Assembly (NCBI GenBank): GCA_965207735.1
Contig: OZ242296.1
Span: 3,296,001-3,360,000, forward strand
Length of the DNA stretch: 64,000 nt
DNA from: Candidatus Versatilivorator sp.
GTDB taxonomy: Bacteria; Acidobacteriota; Terriglobia; Versatilivoradales; Versatilivoraceae
Direction of reading: 5' to 3'
This document shows positions 59,069 through 64,000 of this stretch, piece after piece. A program made the translations under genes and the position numbers. Numbering within the stretch: the first letter of the stretch is position 1; each line of letters starts with the position of its first letter. The notes below the pieces were generated by a model. That model worked only from the letters and a program-made list of their open reading frames with translations. It searched no databases and was not told where the DNA came from.

Positions 59069-62000
59069 TTATGAGGGTTCCCTCTCGTCGACTTCGGGAT
59101 TCAGCGCCACCGAGGCCAGTCTCAGCTTGATGCGCATGGTTGTTCCTTTGCCGAAGCCGGCGCTCAAGGGGAGAATATTCCCGCCGGAACCAATGATAAA
59201 GTTGGCTATCGAGTGAAGACCCAGTCCACTCCCACCCTTCTTGGTGGAATAACCGGCAGTAAAGATAATCCTGGCTCGTTTCTCTTCGATACCGATGCCG
59301 TTGTCGATCACGTCGATATTGAGAAAGTCTTCCTGAACGTAGGCTCGGATCTGAATGCAGGGCTTCGCCTCCAGTCCCCTCGACTGCTCGAGCTCGTCAA
59401 TGGCTTCCATGGAGTTCTTGATCAGATTGACCAGCATCTGGTGAAACTTGCTCTCCTGAGTCCGAATCTCCCGGGGCGCGTTTTCACAATCAATCTCAAT
59501 TTTGACCCCTCTCTTGGCGATCGAATCCTGCAAAAGCTTGACCGCGTCCGCGATTGTCTTCCGCAGGTTGATGTCTTTGCGCACCATGGCCCCGCTGTCG
59601 AGCGACCGTTGGGTTCGGATGATATCGACGATGTGGGCAACCCGGCTTTCCACCCGCTTGACGGTCTGGGTCAACTCTGCACTTTGTGTGGCGAAGTCTT
59701 TGGCCAAGGCCAGAATGAACGGCATCACCTTTCGCCCCTGCGAGTCTGTTTGCAGGTACCGGATCCAATCCTCTCGATGGGCCTCTATGGCTTTCGCAAG
59801 GGCAGATATTCGGTGTACCAGCTCATTCCGGTCCAACTGCTCGCGAATAGTCCCCACTCCTGTGATCACGCTGTTGATCGCATTGCCGATGTTGTGGAGG
59901 ATGGTATCGACGATCTCCAACCTCCCCTGCGCAAATGCTTGCGACAAGGCTTCTTCAGCTTGCATGCGCTCAGTCACGTCGCGGAAGACGATCACGCCGC
60001 CTTTGGTCTGGCCCGAATCGTCCTGCAGGGGTCGCCCGCTGACGCTGATGTACACTCCTTCCGGAACTCTCGAATTGCGGATGAACATCTCCATTTCATC
60101 CGACGCCTCACCCCGGATGGCGCGCACGAGCGGAAGTTCTTCCGTCGGAATGGGCGTTTCTCGGTCGGGGAAGAAAATACCGTACTTCTTCGTCCATTGA
60201 TCGGGCCCGGAGTCCGTTTCACCAAAACCGACAATGAGCTCCGCGCTGGGATTGAAGATAGTGAAGTTCCCGTTTTCATCGGCGACGACCACGCCGTCAC
60301 TGATGCTGTTGAAAATGGTTTCCATGGCATGAGCCTGACCGCGCAGTTCGGCGATGGTCCGTTCCAATTGGGCCTCAGTCTCTTTGGTCTTGGTGATGTC
60401 GCGAAATACGATCACGCCGGCTGTGACCTCATTGGTTTCATCGCTCCGTATCGGGCGACCGATGACGTTCAGATAAACACCGTCCGGCTTGTTCTCATTG
60501 CGCACGAATACTTCGCAATCGTCTGTCGACTTTCCCCGCATGGCGCGCGCGAGGGGATTTTGCTCCAGTGAAAGATAGGTTTTCTCATCGGGATGAAAAA
60601 GACCGTATAACGTGGCCCATTCATTGGGTTTTGCCAACACCGCCCTGGTTCCGCTAATCCGATCGGCACTGGGGTTGCGTAATAGCTGACGGCCACTGAG
60701 ATCACCGACGATGATGCCCTCATCCATGCTGTCGAAAACCGTTTGCATGAGTTGGGTTTGATTCTGCAGGCGTTGGACCGTTCGTCTCAGGTCGGACTCC
60801 GTGACCTTTAGCCTGGTGATATCGCGGAGCACGATGACACCGCCTTCGAACTCGCCTGAATCGTCCTGCAGCGGTCTCGCGCAGACGCTGATGGAAACTC
60901 CCTCCGGCCTTGCCTGATTGCGTATGAATAACTCGACGTCGTCCAATGACTCGCCCTGCATGGCGCGCACGAGCGGAAGCTCACTGGATGGGATGGGGGT
61001 CTTTTTGTCCGGATAAAAGGTTCCGTAAGTCTCAGCCCATTGATCGGATGGGGTATCCGTTGCCCCCATGCCGACAATCTGTTCCGCGCGGGGATTGACG
61101 AAAAGGAATTCCCCATCCTTACCGGTCACAACCACGCCATCGCTGACGCTCTTGAAAACGGTCTCCATGAGTTGGGCCTGTTTTTTCAGTTGTTTGATGG
61201 TTTCATTCAACTGGGCTTCTTGCTTCTTATGCCGGGTAACGTCGCTGAAAACAACGACTCCGGCTTTGACTTTCTTGTTAGTGCCGTCATCGTTCGGTGT
61301 AAATCGCCCCTTCGCGCTGACGTAAGCACCCTCCCTGTTTTTTTCGTTGCGCACAAACAGTTCCATATCGTCTGTGGTTTCACCCCGTAGGGCGCGCGCA
61401 AGCGGAAGTTGATCTGGTGGAAAGCGTGTTTCCTTATCGGGATAAAAGGCGCCATATATCTGGGACCATTCCTCCGGTTTTGACTCCACTGGCCCGATGC
61501 CGACAATGCGCTCCCCACTGGGATTGAAGATTTGAATCTTTCCCTCTGCATCCGAGACGACCACGCCCTCGTCCATATTGTCGAAAACAGTTTCCATGAG
61601 CTGAGTCCGGCTGAGCAGTTCGGAGTTGGTTTGTTCCAACTTGATGTCTTTCTCCTCGATCCGGCTCAAGGCGTCCTGCAATTGTTGCGTTTCGCGCTGG
61701 AGGTCTTCGTTCTTGGCCTCCAAGAGCGTATGGAACCGCTCCCGAGATTTTTCGTAGCTCCACCCGACGACAGCGACAAAGAAACAGCCGACGAGAAACC
61801 TCATAGTGATTCTCATCCCGTACACGTTTCCGATGCCGATTTCCGATGCCGACATCATCCCTGTCAAACCGACGAAGAAGATTCCGACCAATACCATGCC
61901 CTCGCGGCGCCCGAGGAAATAGAATGCCAGCAGTGGAAATACGAGTTGGTAGTAAAGGAGACCGTCACCGGTCACAACCAGGCCCAACAGGCCGGTCGCT

Positions 62001-62227
62001 GATCCCCAACAGCCAAGGCGATAGGCCATTCGATCGTCGTTGCCGAGCCGAAGCGCGAGCAAGGATCCGGCCACTATCAGTGCAGTGACGACGTCGGTCC
62101 ACATCGCCGCCACGTCGTTTCTGATGTACTCGACGATCGAGAAACCGACCAGGATGAGTAACCCCGCGACGGCGACGACATAGTAGGTCTGCTTCCGGTA
62201 GTGGGCACCCAGGTTCTTGAATTCCAT
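59069..62227 (-). CDS. Membrane sensor histidine kinase with four tandem PAS domains
   Basis: N-terminal TM helices; 4 PAS repeats; H-box ILHNIGN; NLIKNS, DNGIG and GSGLGL motifs. Confidence 0.93.
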   Translation of the reverse strand: MEFKNLGAHYRKQTYYVVAVAGLLILVGFSIVEYIRNDVAAMWTDVVTALIVAGSLLALRLGNDDRMAYRLGCWGSATGLLGLVVTGDGLLYYQLVFPLLAFYFLGRREGMVLVGIFFVGLTGMMSASEIGIGNVYGMRITMRFLVGCFFVAVVGWSYEKSRERFHTLLEAKNEDLQRETQQLQDALSRIEEKDIKLEQTNSELLSRTQLMETVFDNMDEGVVVSDAEGKIQIFNPSGERIVGIGPVESKPEEWSQIYGAFYPDKETRFPPDQLPLARALRGETTDDMELFVRNEKNREGAYVSAKGRFTPNDDGTNKKVKAGVVVFSDVTRHKKQEAQLNETIKQLKKQAQLMETVFKSVSDGVVVTGKDGEFLFVNPRAEQIVGMGATDTPSDQWAETYGTFYPDKKTPIPSSELPLVRAMQGESLDDVELFIRNQARPEGVSISVCARPLQDDSGEFEGGVIVLRDITRLKVTESDLRRTVQRLQNQTQLMQTVFDSMDEGIIVGDLSGRQLLRNPSADRISGTRAVLAKPNEWATLYGLFHPDEKTYLSLEQNPLARAMRGKSTDDCEVFVRNENKPDGVYLNVIGRPIRSDETNEVTAGVIVFRDITKTKETEAQLERTIAELRGQAHAMETIFNSISDGVVVADENGNFTIFNPSAELIVGFGETDSGPDQWTKKYGIFFPDRETPIPTEELPLVRAIRGEASDEMEMFIRNSRVPEGVYISVSGRPLQDDSGQTKGGVIVFRDVTERMQAEEALSQAFAQGRLEIVDTILHNIGNAINSVITGVGTIREQLDRNELVHRISALAKAIEAHREDWIRYLQTDSQGRKVMPFILALAKDFATQSAELTQTVKRVESRVAHIVDIIRTQRSLDSGAMVRKDINLRKTIADAVKLLQDSIAKRGVKIEIDCENAPREIRTQESKFHQMLVNLIKNSMEAIDELEQSRGLEAKPCIQIRAYVQEDFLNIDVIDNGIGIEEKRARIIFTAGYSTKKGGSGLGLHSIANFIIGSGGNILPLSAGFGKGTTMRIKLRLASVALNPEVDEREPS

Positions 62228-62621
62228 GCTTCGCCTCCTCCTCGATCAAATCCATATCGGTTCAAGCCCCAGGGTTGGCGCACCGTGCGCTCCAAGCCGG
62301 TACTTCCAACACCGCGGCCCTGGCCGGGTCCACCGTTGAGTCACCGACTCGATCGCGGAACATCGTCCCTTTCGGTCCTGGACGGTCCCGGCGGAACCGA
62401 CATTTTTCAAGGCCCAATCGGGGAAAATGTCCATTGCCGGTTCAGTGGGTTGGGGGCCCTGGGGCTTGTGGCACGTCCACCGGCGCCATTGACCGGCATC
62501 TCGGTTCTTGCTGGAATCTGGGACTTCGAGGCCGGATGGGTGCGCTTGAGGAGTACTGGACATTGCGGCTGGAAACCCGGGCTGCCATTGAGATCAACCA
62601 CAGTGCCGCAATGGGCCGCGG

Positions 62622-62842
62622 TTAGCCCGCACCTGACCCCAGCTCCACATGGGCGGTCCACCAATCGAAGGTCTGGCCGCGAGTGTCGAGCTCGACCGGA
62701 CGGGTTTCGCCGGCGCTCAGATCGACTCGCCGCCCGTTCCTTCCGGACCGTGCGTCTCGGTCGGTTCAGTCGGACTTCCGGAACACGCGGGAGCCAGGAG
62801 CGCCGCGAGCAGGACGAGACCGACAGCGGATGTTCGTCGCAT
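62622..62842 (-). pseudogene. Lipoprotein relic (frameshifted or internally deleted)
   Basis: MRRTSAVGLVLLAALLAPAC-SGSPTEP (lipobox) stops after 41 aa; an overlapping frame continues DLSAGETRPVELDTRGQTFDWWTAHVELGSGAG*. Confidence 0.5.
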
Positions 62843-63082
62843 TGCCAACGACCTCGGTTTCCGCGCGCTCCCCCGGGGGGGTGGCGGCGGCCAGGCTGCC
62901 GGTTCTCACGCACCCTTGGCCACCTTTGAATTATAGTCGGCTGTGCATCATATATACGCATTTATAGTTCGCTATATCATATTTGTTTCATCAAAATGAC
63001 CTATACTGACACCGCGGTGGCCCAGGATCCGGAATGCCCCGCAGCGGACCATGATTCGCGCCGATCCGGCGAAGGAGGAGCC

Positions 63083-64000
63083 TTGACCGAATCCGACGAT
63101 GCGCGGCGGGAGATCGAGGCGCTGCGCAAGCGCATCTCCACCCTGAGCGCGGCCATCCTGCGCATCAGCGCCACGCTCGACCTCGACACCGTGCTCGCCG
63201 AGGTGCTCGAGAGCGCCCGCGGGCTCACCGCCGCCCGCTGCGGCGTCATCGCCACGGTCGACGAGGCCGGCGCGCCCCAGGACTTCGTCTTCTCCGGCTT
63301 CACGCCCGAGGAACAGCAAGAACTCGCCGCCTGGCCCGACGGCGGCCGCCTCTTCGAGCATCTGCGCCAGTTGCCAGGACCGCTCCGGCTCGCCGACCTC
63401 TCGGACTACGTGCGCTCGCTCGGCATGGCGCCCACGCGGACCTTCGCGCGGACGTGCCAGGGCGCGCCGATGCGCCACCGCGGCGCGGACGTGGGCAACT
63501 TCTTCCTCGCCGACAAGGCGGGCGGCGAGCAGTTCACCGACGACGACGAAGAGGTGCTGATGCTGTTCGCGGCCCAGGCCGCGGCCGCCATCGCTAACGC
63601 CCGCACGCACCGCAACGAGCAGCGCGCCCGGGCCGATCTCGAAGCCCTGGTCGAGACCTCGCCCGTCGGAGTCGTGGTCTTCGACGCGAAGACCGGCACG
63701 ATGACCACGTTCAACCGCGAGGCGCGGCGCATCGGAGAGGGCCTGCGGACGGAGAGCCGCTCGCCCGAGCAGCTCCTGGAGGTGATCACCTGCCGGCGCG
63801 CCGACGGCCGCGAGGTGTCCGCGCGGCAATTGCCCATGGCCGAGCAGCTCGGCATCGGCGAGACGGTGCGCGCCGAGGAGATCGTGCTGTCGGTCCCCGA
63901 CGGGCGAAGCGTCAGGGCGCTGGTCAACTCGACCCCTATCCGTTCAACCGGCGGCACCGTCGAATCGGTGGTGGTGACGTTGCAGGACCTCGCGCCGCTG
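63083..64000 (+). CDS. GAF-PAS sensor protein, probably a histidine kinase or hybrid regulator (3'-partial; absent from the ORF track)
   Basis: AAGGAGGAG RBS and TTG start; MTESDDARREIEALR...LDLDTVL...FTDDDEEVLMLFAAQAAAAIANAR...LVETSPVGVVVFD; open to the window end. Confidence 0.9.
   Translation, partial: MTESDDARREIEALRKRISTLSAAILRISATLDLDTVLAEVLESARGLTAARCGVIATVDEAGAPQDFVFSGFTPEEQQELAAWPDGGRLFEHLRQLPGPLRLADLSDYVRSLGMAPTRTFARTCQGAPMRHRGADVGNFFLADKAGGEQFTDDDEEVLMLFAAQAAAAIANARTHRNEQRARADLEALVETSPVGVVVFDAKTGTMTTFNREARRIGEGLRTESRSPEQLLEVITCRRADGREVSARQLPMAEQLGIGETVRAEEIVLSVPDGRSVRALVNSTPIRSTGGTVESVVVTLQDLAPL

Noticed and set aside
62620-62635. TTAGCCCGCA resembling the MITE-1 TIR
   Set aside because: Only a short match, explained by the lipoprotein relic's final codons.

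Overview
GC-rich bacterial window. The gene content (two PSD1/cytochrome-c + DUF1501 pairs, FG-GAP, PQQ-propeller, CehA/McbA and PhyH proteins) resembles an Acidobacteriota- or Planctomycetota-type organism; this is inference only. Metabolic and secreted-protein genes are interleaved with nested mobile DNA. The main finding is an 869-nt ORF-less group II intron (5424-6292, minus strand) inserted precisely inside the terminal inverted repeat (TIR) of a 243-bp MITE. An uninterrupted 243-bp copy of that MITE lies at 14606-14848, and the intron's candidate EBS1/EBS2 are complementary to the TIR. Also present: an intact IS1634-family element (6-bp TSD) inside a dispersed repeat whose empty allele is at ~55.5 kb; a second MITE family; REP-like doublets; a possible decayed defence islet (ARPP-1-like gene, MerR-type HTH, BrnT/BrnA-type TA, hsdM tail); an in-frame ispH/squalene-synthase deletion relic; and a 4xPAS histidine kinase with a sigma54 regulator. 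All family calls come from motif recognition by eye; no database searches were run.
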